The translations under genes were made by a program, and so were the position numbers. A DNA stretch of 24,366 bases, from IMG/VR virus record IMGVR_UViG_3300031965_000132, positions 1 to 24,366 of that record. One strand, given 5' to 3'. Positions within the stretch are counted from its first letter, which is position 1. Each line of letters opens with the position of its first letter. This DNA is from a virus. Lineage: Duplodnaviria > Caudoviricetes. Positions 8,213 through 15,339 of this stretch are shown piece after piece. The notes beneath the pieces are model-generated. The model was not told the DNA's origin. It ran no database searches and saw nothing but the letters and a program-made list of their open reading frames with translations.

Positions 8213-8880
8213 GGATTGCCCACATCGGTTTTCATTTGAAGCGCGTCGCCCGAGTAGCGCCCCTTCAAATCCTGCTTCTGGAAAGAGCGCATATAGCCCG
8301 TGAACATCCGCGCCCACTTGGCCGAATCCTCCTCAGCACCGACAAAGATCGCGCCATGCAGACAGGCCCCCGCGAGATAGAGGCTCGGGAACGCTGTCAG
8401 GAGCCAGTTCACCGTGTTGGAGGACGACAGCGCCGGCACCTTTCGGTAATAGCCCCCGACCAGGGTTTGCGTCGAGTTGACCGGAGCCCCGAGCACCACT
8501 GCCCCGCCCATCAACGTGTAGAACGCCTGCGGATCGGCATTGGAGTTCGGAAGGGTCGCGTCCATCTGCGTCGGCGTGACGTAGGTCAATTTGAGGTTCG
8601 GATTGCCGGTGAGATACAGGCGCCGCAGCTCGAGGAAATCGGACGGCAGCGTGACCGTGTTCGAGCTGGCGAGGATGGTCAGCGTCGTCGCGCGAATCTC
8701 CATCTGCGCCACGCGCAGCGGCGGGATGACGATCTGCCCGTCATCGTAGCCGAAATTCATCATGTCTTCGGCAAAGCCGATGAAATCGCCGACGTTGCCG
8801 GTGAAGTCGGCGTTGCCGGCGCGGGTCATCCAGTTGGCGACGGCGCTCGACAGACTTGCGAAATCGACGATGGAGGCCAG
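8209..8880 (-). CDS. Head-tail adaptor protein (223 aa if started at CTG 8880)
   Basis: ASIVDFASLSSAVANWMTR...GDFIGFAE, TLPSDFLELR, NWLLTAFPSLYLAG adaptor motifs; the conserved-looking N-terminus lies upstream of ATG 8829. Confidence 0.82.
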   Translation of the reverse strand: MASIVDFASLSSAVANWMTRAGNADFTGNVGDFIGFAEDMMNFGYDDGQIVIPPLRVAQMEIRATTLTILASSNTVTLPSDFLELRRLYLTGNPNLKLTYVTPTQMDATLPNSNADPQAFYTLMGGAVVLGAPVNSTQTLVGGYYRKVPALSSSNTVNWLLTAFPSLYLAGACLHGAIFVGAEEDSAKWARMFTGYMRSFQKQDLKGRYSGDALQMKTDVGNP

Positions 8881-8881
8881 G

Positions 8882-9568
8882 TCACACCTCCACGGCCTCT
8901 ACCTGAGCCATTTCCTCGGGAGTGAACGTGAACTCGCCGACGTGGCCGATGGCGGCGGAAAGCTCTTGATCGACGTAGGCTTTGTGCCCGCGGATGCGCG
9001 CCTCCCGGAAAAAGAACACGTCCTCCCCGACCTGCTTCCATTTCTGCTCTTCCTTGGCGAAATACCAGTCGAAGGCGAACCACGGTCCTTCGTCCCAGTA
9101 GACCGAGATATCGGTGAGGACGCAGCCGAAGCCCATGTGCGCCACCTCGACCAGGCCTTTGTCGTTGGGCTTGGTATCGAGATATTCCTCGTTCAGGGTC
9201 GCGGCGGTGAAGCGGAACGGCGGCCGGCGCGAAACGTAGTTCGCCCCGACGATAGGAAGGTCGTGGCGCAGAAGCATGTGAAGCGCTTGGCGGGGAAACC
9301 GCATGTCGGTATCGACCCACAGGATCTTCTTGGCGCCCTTCGCCTTGCAGTCCTCCGCCAGGCGTTGACGGCCTTCGGCGAGCAAACTGGTCTGGCACCA
9401 GTTGAAGCCAACATTGAACCGCTTCCCGAGCTCGGGCACGAGACCGCCCGTCGCCACGAAATGCGCGGTCAGGTGGACCATGTCGTAGGCCCAGCCGGCA
9501 TGAACGCGGTCGTGCGAGCAAAACACGATGGCGATGCGGTCGAATTCGATGGGCGGCGTCCCGTGCAT
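8882..9568 (-). CDS. GT-A fold (GT2-like) glycosyltransferase (228 aa)
   Basis: ATG 9568 in TGATG overlap; DxD motif ILWVDTD, IVGANY, GFGCVL, PWF, GEDVFF, IGHVG. Confidence 0.85.
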   Translation of the reverse strand: MHGTPPIEFDRIAIVFCSHDRVHAGWAYDMVHLTAHFVATGGLVPELGKRFNVGFNWCQTSLLAEGRQRLAEDCKAKGAKKILWVDTDMRFPRQALHMLLRHDLPIVGANYVSRRPPFRFTAATLNEEYLDTKPNDKGLVEVAHMGFGCVLTDISVYWDEGPWFAFDWYFAKEEQKWKQVGEDVFFFREARIRGHKAYVDQELSAAIGHVGEFTFTPEEMAQVEAVEV

Positions 9569-9894
9569 CAGAAGCACCCCGGAGCGGTTCGGAGAAAACG
9601 CCAGTCCGGATCGTTGAGCAGCCGGCGGACTCCCTGCGCATGGTTCTTGTCGAAAACGTCGATGCCGTACTCTCTCTTCCACTTGTCGATGATGATGTTC
9701 GGGATGGTCGCGATCCTTCGTCCGTCCCGCGCCGCGTTGAACCCGTCGCCCTCGTTGTAGAGCTTCTTGTTGGCCTCGATGATCGGCTCCACGTCCTCCA
9801 CCGTCTCGATGGTGAAGGTGGCTTCCATCTCATCGTAATGGAAGAACTCCGTCTGGCGCGTCTCGGGGTCATAGTCGAAAAACAGGCGGCTCAT
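9568..9894 (-). CDS. Conserved-type phage head-module protein (108 aa)
   Basis: ATG 9894 in ATGA overlap; DVEPIIEANK...IATIP..IIDKW..EYGID...LNDPDWRFLRT pattern typical downstream of SU10-type capsid genes. Confidence 0.8.
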   Translation of the reverse strand: MSRLFFDYDPETRQTEFFHYDEMEATFTIETVEDVEPIIEANKKLYNEGDGFNAARDGRRIATIPNIIIDKWKREYGIDVFDKNHAQGVRRLLNDPDWRFLRTAPGCF

Positions 9895-10238
9895 ACCGTG
9901 GGCGCTCCGACCGCGCCTTCTTCGAGCGGCGTGAGTTGCAGCGTCGCGTCGGTCGATCCGATCTGGCGTCCGCCGACCGCGTTGAAACCGGCGCATACGA
10001 GGATGAAGCTCTCGTCCGCCGTCAGAACCGTGTCGCCGGTCGTCGCGGTCGCCGATGTCGCCGTCGCGCCGGGGAAGACGTGTGCCGACCCTGCGGTGAG
10101 CTTCACGCGCACGAAGGCCGGCTTCTGTCCCGAAGACGTTCGCGGGATGGTACAGACAGTCGAATTGGACGAATTCAACGCAACCGAATGGCCGCGAGCG
10201 GCCGTCGAATAGGCGTCGATGATGGTGCGCATGCTCAT
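9891..10238 (-). CDS. Ser/Thr/Ala-rich beta-strand protein, putative capsid decoration (115 aa)
   Basis: GAGGTG SD; VRV....AHV..G..ATSATATTGD pattern; second gene after the capsid gene. Confidence 0.65.
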   Translation of the reverse strand: MSMRTIIDAYSTAARGHSVALNSSNSTVCTIPRTSSGQKPAFVRVKLTAGSAHVFPGATATSATATTGDTVLTADESFILVCAGFNAVGGRQIGSTDATLQLTPLEEGAVGAPTV

Positions 10239-10246
10239 GCGTCACC

Positions 10247-10744
10247 TCATGCCGGGTCGGGAAGATAGTAGTCGATCTCGAAATAGAACGGTCCACCTCC
10301 CGGCGACGTAGCGGTTTCCGCATAGCGCCCGACGATGGTATGAGCCTGACCGAGCGCCATGAGCGGCAGCGCGACATGCAGATTTGTGGCACCGTTCGGC
10401 GTCAACTGGCCCCTGCCGGCAGCCAAGGTCGCTACGCTGTAGCCCGACAGGAAGTGATTGGAGGTCACGTTGTCGAGGCCAAGGCTGACCGTGGCCCCCG
10501 TCGATCCTTCGAGTGCGCTGAACAGGCGAATGCCCGTCGGGATGGCGCCGCCTGGAATGGTGACGGCATTATCGCCGCCGAGGCCCGAAACGACGCCGGG
10601 CGATGTGCGCGTGATCCTCAACATCAGTGTCGTGAGGTTGCGCGAATTCGCCGCCATATGCTGGACGCGCGCGCCGGAGTCGTCGTCAACGAACGCCGCC
10701 GCCGCGACCGGCCCGGATGCGTCCTGGATCTCGTTGATTGCCAT
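10247..10744 (-). CDS. Putative capsid cement/decoration protein (165 aa)
   Basis: ATG 10744 with GGGAGAGAGAG SD; jelly-roll-like TIPGGAIPTGIRL...ATVSLG...YFEIDYY; first gene after the capsid gene. Confidence 0.7.
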   Translation of the reverse strand: MAINEIQDASGPVAAAAFVDDDSGARVQHMAANSRNLTTLMLRITRTSPGVVSGLGGDNAVTIPGGAIPTGIRLFSALEGSTGATVSLGLDNVTSNHFLSGYSVATLAAGRGQLTPNGATNLHVALPLMALGQAHTIVGRYAETATSPGGGPFYFEIDYYLPDPA

Positions 10745-10768
10745 CTCTCTCTCCCGTTTCCGAAAGGG

Positions 10769-10790
10769 GCGGGGCGCTCTCACGCCCCGC
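10769..10790 (-). terminator. GC-rich hairpin after the capsid gene (weak terminator or mRNA stabiliser)
   Basis: GCGGGGCG-TGAGAG-CGCCCCGC, 8-bp stem, followed only by CCCTTT (poor U tract). Confidence 0.6.
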
Positions 10791-10809
10791 TTTGGCTTCC
10801 GGCTTCGGA

Positions 10810-11766
10810 TCAGCTCGTGGTCAGGTCCGCAACGATGCCGGACCCGGCCTGGTTGCGGCTTTCCAGCGTGTATTCGGCGATCAGCATCTTCTTGGTCGCA
10901 TCGCCGGTCTTCGCCATGTCCTCGATCTTGACCGGGCGAAGGAAGGCGGTGGCCCAGAGGTCGGAATTGACGACGTGCGCCGACCGCGACCGCTGGAAGC
11001 GGTTCGGCACGATCTTGATGGTGCCGAAATCGTACTCGTACACGTCCACCGACGCGAACAGCTTGCCGGTGTCGGCCTCGTTCATGCGGGTCGCGTTGCC
11101 GGCGAAGGTGGACGCGACCTGCTTGTTGAAGCGTCCCAGCATGAGCATGTCGGGCTCTTCGCCGGAATTGTCGTACACGGAGCCGAGCACGGTTTTCAGC
11201 AACGCCTCGGTGAAGGCGCGCTGCGTGCCGTCCGTGCGGAGCGCGAGGCCGTCCGTCGTGGCGGGGGCGGAGCCTCCTACACCGCTCGAATTGTTGGTCG
11301 CGACCCAGGATTCGAGGCCGGCCAACTGCGGCGCCGAGGTGGAGGAACCGGCGGACCTTTGCTGGTTGTTGCAAAGGATCGCCTCCATGTCGCGCTTGAG
11401 CTCCTTGAGCTTCTTCGCGACTTGGTAGGCGGTTTCCTTCCCGCGGCCGGCCTTCTTGACGGCATCGAGCGTGCCCGAGATCGCGACCGTCTTGCGGCTG
11501 ATCTGCGTCTGGTTGCCGATGCGCGTCGTGGCCGTCGCGGGCTCGTAGGTCGTGCCGAGGTCGTCGCCCTGCAGGTGCCGGTTCGCCGTGTCGGCCGCGG
11601 CGAGCGCGTCGGTCTGCCATTCGTGGTAGGTCTGATCGGCCTTCGTCTTCCCGATCGAAGTGATGAACGGGGTTTGCGTCGGCGCGATGTTGTAGATGAT
11701 GTCGGAGAGATCTTCCCGGATGCCCACAGCCGAGAAGGTCAGGAATTCGCCGGTCAGGATCGCCAT
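10810..11766 (-). CDS. Major capsid protein, SU10/DUF5309 type (318 aa)
   Basis: GIREDLSDIIYNIAPTQTPF, HEWQTDAL, N.TQISRK, KELKRDME, Y.YDFG, AKTGDA..K....EYTLE motifs. Confidence 0.95.
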   Translation of the reverse strand: MAILTGEFLTFSAVGIREDLSDIIYNIAPTQTPFITSIGKTKADQTYHEWQTDALAAADTANRHLQGDDLGTTYEPATATTRIGNQTQISRKTVAISGTLDAVKKAGRGKETAYQVAKKLKELKRDMEAILCNNQQRSAGSSTSAPQLAGLESWVATNNSSGVGGSAPATTDGLALRTDGTQRAFTEALLKTVLGSVYDNSGEEPDMLMLGRFNKQVASTFAGNATRMNEADTGKLFASVDVYEYDFGTIKIVPNRFQRSRSAHVVNSDLWATAFLRPVKIEDMAKTGDATKKMLIAEYTLESRNQAGSGIVADLTTS

Positions 11767-11770
11767 GTCG

Positions 11771-11789
11771 GCCCTCTATCGCTGAGGGC
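11771..11789 (-). promoter_or_regulatory. Hairpin containing the capsid gene Shine-Dalgarno
   Basis: Minus strand GCCCTC-AGCGATA-GAGGGC-CGAC-ATG; the SD GAGGG is in the 3' arm. Confidence 0.45.
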
Positions 11790-11800
11790 GAAGAGGATAG

Positions 11801-12820
11801 CTAGAGGATGTGCTCCAAGAGAGCCGCAGCATCCCGCTCGCTTCCCGTCTTCGCCAGTTTCCCTTGGAGCGCCGCGAGTTCCTTCCGCTTCGCCTCGTCC
11901 GCCGCCGAACCCGGTTGCCGTGCCGCCGGCCGCAAGGTACGCACATTGGAATTCTGGGAGGGCACGCGCTTGGTCTGCGCGTCCGCCTTCGCCTTCTGTC
12001 CCTTGCGGTACAGCATGGCGTCCCGTGCGACGGTGAAGTAGCGATGGTCCGCCAGCATTCCCCATTCGTCGCGCGAGAATTCCGGGATGTGCGTCATCAA
12101 CTCCTCGGCATACGCCTTGCCCTTGAGCGGATCGGAGAATTCGGGAATCTTCTCGATGAGCTTTGCGCGCTCGGTCGTGAGGAATTCCTGATGCCTCTTC
12201 GCCGCGTCGGCTTGGTTTTGCTGATGGATTTGACCGGCCGCCTGCATGGCGGCGTTGTAGCGGTTCACGGTGTCCTGGTAGGCTTGGCTTTGGACCGCCC
12301 ATTCGGCGGGCTTCTCCGCGGCCAGTTGCTGCCAGTTGACTTGCTGGAACCGCTGCAACTCGGGAGTGAGTTGCATCGCGAGGGCGTTGAAGAACTGAAA
12401 CTGTTGGGCGCGTTCATTGGATATCTCGGCAAGCCGCGCCTCGAAAGCCTTGGCCTGCTCCGATGCCCTTTGACCGTGCGTCGCTAGAAGCTTTTCGCGT
12501 TCGCTCTCCCGTTCGGCAACGACTTGTTGCAGTTCGGGTGGGAGCTTGGCGAAATGCTCTTTTGCATCCGCACTCCACGAAACCGGCGGTTCGATGGCAG
12601 GGGTTTCCCCCTGTTCGCTGTGGCCGTCTCTCGTGTCCCCGGTGGGAGGGGTCTCCCCCTCTCCGGTATCGGCCGACTGGGTTTCGTTCCCATCCGGCTG
12701 AATTCCATCGTCCGCAAAGAGGCCGGCGAGCGCGCCTGCGGCTGCGTCATCACCTCCACGCAATGCGGCAACATCGATCCTGACCTCGCCGGCATTCGGT
12801 TCGGCCTGGGGATCAGCCAT
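11801..12820 (-). CDS. Capsid scaffolding protein (339 aa)
   Basis: Acidic disordered N-terminus, PPVSWS...F..LP motif, coiled coils, DAMLYRK, C-terminal LAKTGSERDAAALL; directly before the capsid gene; AAGGAGGAG SD. Confidence 0.88.
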   Translation of the reverse strand: MADPQAEPNAGEVRIDVAALRGGDDAAAGALAGLFADDGIQPDGNETQSADTGEGETPPTGDTRDGHSEQGETPAIEPPVSWSADAKEHFAKLPPELQQVVAERESEREKLLATHGQRASEQAKAFEARLAEISNERAQQFQFFNALAMQLTPELQRFQQVNWQQLAAEKPAEWAVQSQAYQDTVNRYNAAMQAAGQIHQQNQADAAKRHQEFLTTERAKLIEKIPEFSDPLKGKAYAEELMTHIPEFSRDEWGMLADHRYFTVARDAMLYRKGQKAKADAQTKRVPSQNSNVRTLRPAARQPGSAADEAKRKELAALQGKLAKTGSERDAAALLEHIL

Positions 12821-13094
12821 TCGGCTTCTCCTCCTTCAGATCGCGCACATGCGCCGACCGGGCCTTCCGCTGAATGGCGGCCCAGACGTCGGCGACGGCT
12901 TTGTAGTGCTGATAGGCCAACTCGCGCTTTTCCGTTTCGGTGGGAAGCGTCCCAGCCCATGCGGCTAGATAGCTATCCCTTACCTCTTCGAACGCCGTGG
13001 CGATCTCCGGATCGGCCACAAGACGTTGACATGCGCGCTGAGAAAACAACAATTCCTCGGTAGTTGCAACTTTTTTCTTTGGGGTCCGCACCAT
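12813..13094 (-). CDS. Small helical protein preceding the scaffold (93 aa)
   Basis: AF..V...Y..AW..T...E.EKRE.AY pattern usual between portal and scaffold in this group; AGGA SD. Confidence 0.8.
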   Translation of the reverse strand: MVRTPKKKVATTEELLFSQRACQRLVADPEIATAFEEVRDSYLAAWAGTLPTETEKRELAYQHYKAVADVWAAIQRKARSAHVRDLKEEKPNG

Positions 13095-13103
13095 TTTTAA
13101 TTC

Positions 13104-13616
13104 CTATGCGACCAAGCGCAGGATCGCCATGATCGCCTCGATATCGTCCTCTTCCTCTTCCAGGGCTTGAAGTTGGGCCGCTTCCCAAGCCCCCTGGGCC
13201 GCAATGGCGGCGCCGCGAATCTCCATGTCGAGCCAACGTTGTCGAGCCATCGCGGCAAAAGCCACAACCCGGCCCGGAGGCGAATCGGCGCGCACCAAGG
13301 CCGGTAGCACTGTGATCTTGGGGATGGCGCGAGCGGCGGCGGTTCTGCGCCCTGACGGGACGACGGGCTTTTCTGGCCCGGAACGCGGCTCGGTCGGCGC
13401 GGCGCTTGTCGGCGCAGGATGATCTTGACGCCACGCCCTGACCTTCGCGGCGAGTTCGCCCGGGCTGTAGGCGAGAAATCGAACGTCGTCGATGACGATT
13501 TCATAGCGTCTTGCCCGACGCTTCTTCGCCATCCCGCCGAGGTCGGCGGAGCCGAACCAACTACGGCCCCAACTTTCACCCCAATGGCCGCCCCAGGCAT
13601 CGCCGCCAAGGCTCAT
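13104..13616 (-). CDS. Hypothetical protein with N-terminal WGxx repeats and acidic-hydrophobic C-terminus (170 aa)
   Basis: ATG 13616 in ATGA overlap; AWGGHWGESWGRSWFG ... EEEEDDIEAIMAILRLVA. Confidence 0.7.
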   Translation of the reverse strand: MSLGGDAWGGHWGESWGRSWFGSADLGGMAKKRRARRYEIVIDDVRFLAYSPGELAAKVRAWRQDHPAPTSAAPTEPRSGPEKPVVPSGRRTAAARAIPKITVLPALVRADSPPGRVVAFAAMARQRWLDMEIRGAAIAAQGAWEAAQLQALEEEEDDIEAIMAILRLVA

Positions 13617-14188
13617 GTCGGCCCCCACGGATCGCCGCTCGATCCGACGCCGCCCACCACTTCGTCGTTGACGTACTGGATATTGGCGTCCGCCATGCCG
13701 TCGACGGTGAAGGTGAAATGATCCGTGATTGCGGTATCGGCTTCGGCGTTCACGTCGGCCCGTGCTGCCGCGCCGAGCGCCAGCGCCGTATCGACGGCAA
13801 CGACGGTATTGGAACTCGACACCGCGAGCGTGCGTCCGGCCGTCGTCGGTTTCAAGGCCGAATTGTTGCGCAGCGTGAATCCGGCAACGACAGCCCCGAC
13901 GACCGAAACGCTATCGACGCTACCGGCGATGAGCGCCAGTTCGAAAAAGCTCCCTCCGGCATAGGCCGTGCCATCGGCTCCGGTATCGACGGAAAATCCC
14001 TGTAGACCCGCAAGCCCGGCGACGCTGGTTTGTAGAACGACGCCAGCCGTGTTGAGGATGGCGGCGCCGTCCTTGAACACGGCGAGCTTTCCTGCGGCGA
14101 GCGCGAAAGCGGCTCCAGTAGATGGTTGGAAAGTCGAGAACTTGCCATAGACGATTGTTCCCGCGTCGAAGTCGCCGAGATGCTTCAT
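13613..14188 (-). CDS. Hypothetical Ala/Gly/Thr-rich structural-type protein (191 aa)
   Basis: ATGA overlaps at both ends; Ig-like strand pattern; C-terminal DANIQYVND..V.G.GSSGDPWGP. Confidence 0.75.
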   Translation of the reverse strand: MKHLGDFDAGTIVYGKFSTFQPSTGAAFALAAGKLAVFKDGAAILNTAGVVLQTSVAGLAGLQGFSVDTGADGTAYAGGSFFELALIAGSVDSVSVVGAVVAGFTLRNNSALKPTTAGRTLAVSSSNTVVAVDTALALGAAARADVNAEADTAITDHFTFTVDGMADANIQYVNDEVVGGVGSSGDPWGPT

Positions 14189-15036
14189 GCCGCGTATCCA
14201 ATCGGTTCGAACGGCCCCCGCATGGGATTGACGACGATACCACCGATCGTCGCCTGCTCGATCTCACATGCCGCGATAACATAACCGCCATCGGTTCCAG
14301 CGGTGAGCGTCCAACTCATGGCAGCATCGACCGTCCGCCTAGATACGCCTGCGATGGCAAAGCCGCCGACAAGTTCGTTCTTGATCTGCGTTTGGCCGGA
14401 ATCGGGAGACATGACGCCAAAAACATTGGTCGATTTGTAGACGGCATCGATGGCCATGTTGCCAGCACCGATGGCCGTGGTCAGCGTCACGGTCGGATTG
14501 CCCGATGCCGCGGCGGCCTCGGCGTAGGACGTAAAGGCGTTCGCCACAGTGTCCTGAAGCACACCCTCCAAATTGATGACCACGGCACGGCAGAACGACG
14601 ACCATGCCGCCGAGGAATCTATGGTCAGCGCCTTGCTCGCGCCCGCCGTCGGATTGACCAAGGCCCAAATCTCGACTGCGCGACTGCCAAGCGAGTGATT
14701 TCCTACCAATGTCAGCGCCTGGTTGGCACCCGCGGCGTCCCACGTCATAGCCGCGATGGTCGGCGGTCCCGTACCATTGCCCACGATGAGAACAAGAATC
14801 GCCCCATCCGTCAGCGACGGAACGGTGTGCGTCACATCCGTCGGATCAGCGGTGAAACTCGCCTGAGTCGGGGTGCCGTTGACGGAGACGACCAAGCCGA
14901 GCGGCGCAACCAGCCCGCGCGGCGGCAGCATCAGCCCGCGCCGCGGCCGCCACAGCGGCGGCGGGCGGTCGAGGATGCGCCGGACGATCTCGCCATCGAA
15001 GCGCGGCGCGGGCGGCGTCCACAGGCGCGGTGTCAT
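14185..15036 (-). CDS. Hypothetical beta-sandwich protein with Pro/Arg-rich leader (283 aa)
   Basis: ATGA overlaps; LWTPP/LWRP leader then Thr/Ala/Ser-rich strands (VEIWALVNPTAG). Confidence 0.72.
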   Translation of the reverse strand: MTPRLWTPPAPRFDGEIVRRILDRPPPLWRPRRGLMLPPRGLVAPLGLVVSVNGTPTQASFTADPTDVTHTVPSLTDGAILVLIVGNGTGPPTIAAMTWDAAGANQALTLVGNHSLGSRAVEIWALVNPTAGASKALTIDSSAAWSSFCRAVVINLEGVLQDTVANAFTSYAEAAAASGNPTVTLTTAIGAGNMAIDAVYKSTNVFGVMSPDSGQTQIKNELVGGFAIAGVSRRTVDAAMSWTLTAGTDGGYVIAACEIEQATIGGIVVNPMRGPFEPIGYAA

Positions 15037-15338
15037 CGCGGCGCGCTCCAGGCGATTTCCAGGCGCACCCCGTCCGGCAGTTCCAAGGTGCCGTCGCGCA
15101 GCTTTTGCAGCGCCAGGCCCTGCGGCCGGAGGTCGGCGATCTCGCCTTCGGCCTTCTGGTCGATGTCGCGGCGCTCGTAGGTCTTGACGCCGGAACGGTC
15201 GAGGCGGACCCGCGCGCGCATCCTGTCCGACGTGCCGCGGATGACGACGCCGCGGATCGCCAGCGTGGCTTCGTCATAATCGATGAAGGCGGCTACCCGC
15301 CCTCCGATGCCGCAGGAACCGTAGGGAAGAAGGGCCAC
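15033..15338 (-). CDS. Hypothetical protein (101 aa)
   Basis: GTG start 1 nt after the portal stop; stop overlaps the next ATG; strongly GC3-biased codons. Confidence 0.65.
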   Translation of the reverse strand: MALLPYGSCGIGGRVAAFIDYDEATLAIRGVVIRGTSDRMRARVRLDRSGVKTYERRDIDQKAEGEIADLRPQGLALQKLRDGTLELPDGVRLEIAWSAPR

Positions 15339-15339
15339 G

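Noticed and set aside
10247-11620. Open -1 frame across the capsid gene end suggesting a T7 10B-like frameshift fusion
   Set aside because: No X XXY YYZ slippery heptamer seen near the capsid stop, the downstream gene has its own SD, and open alternative frames are common here.
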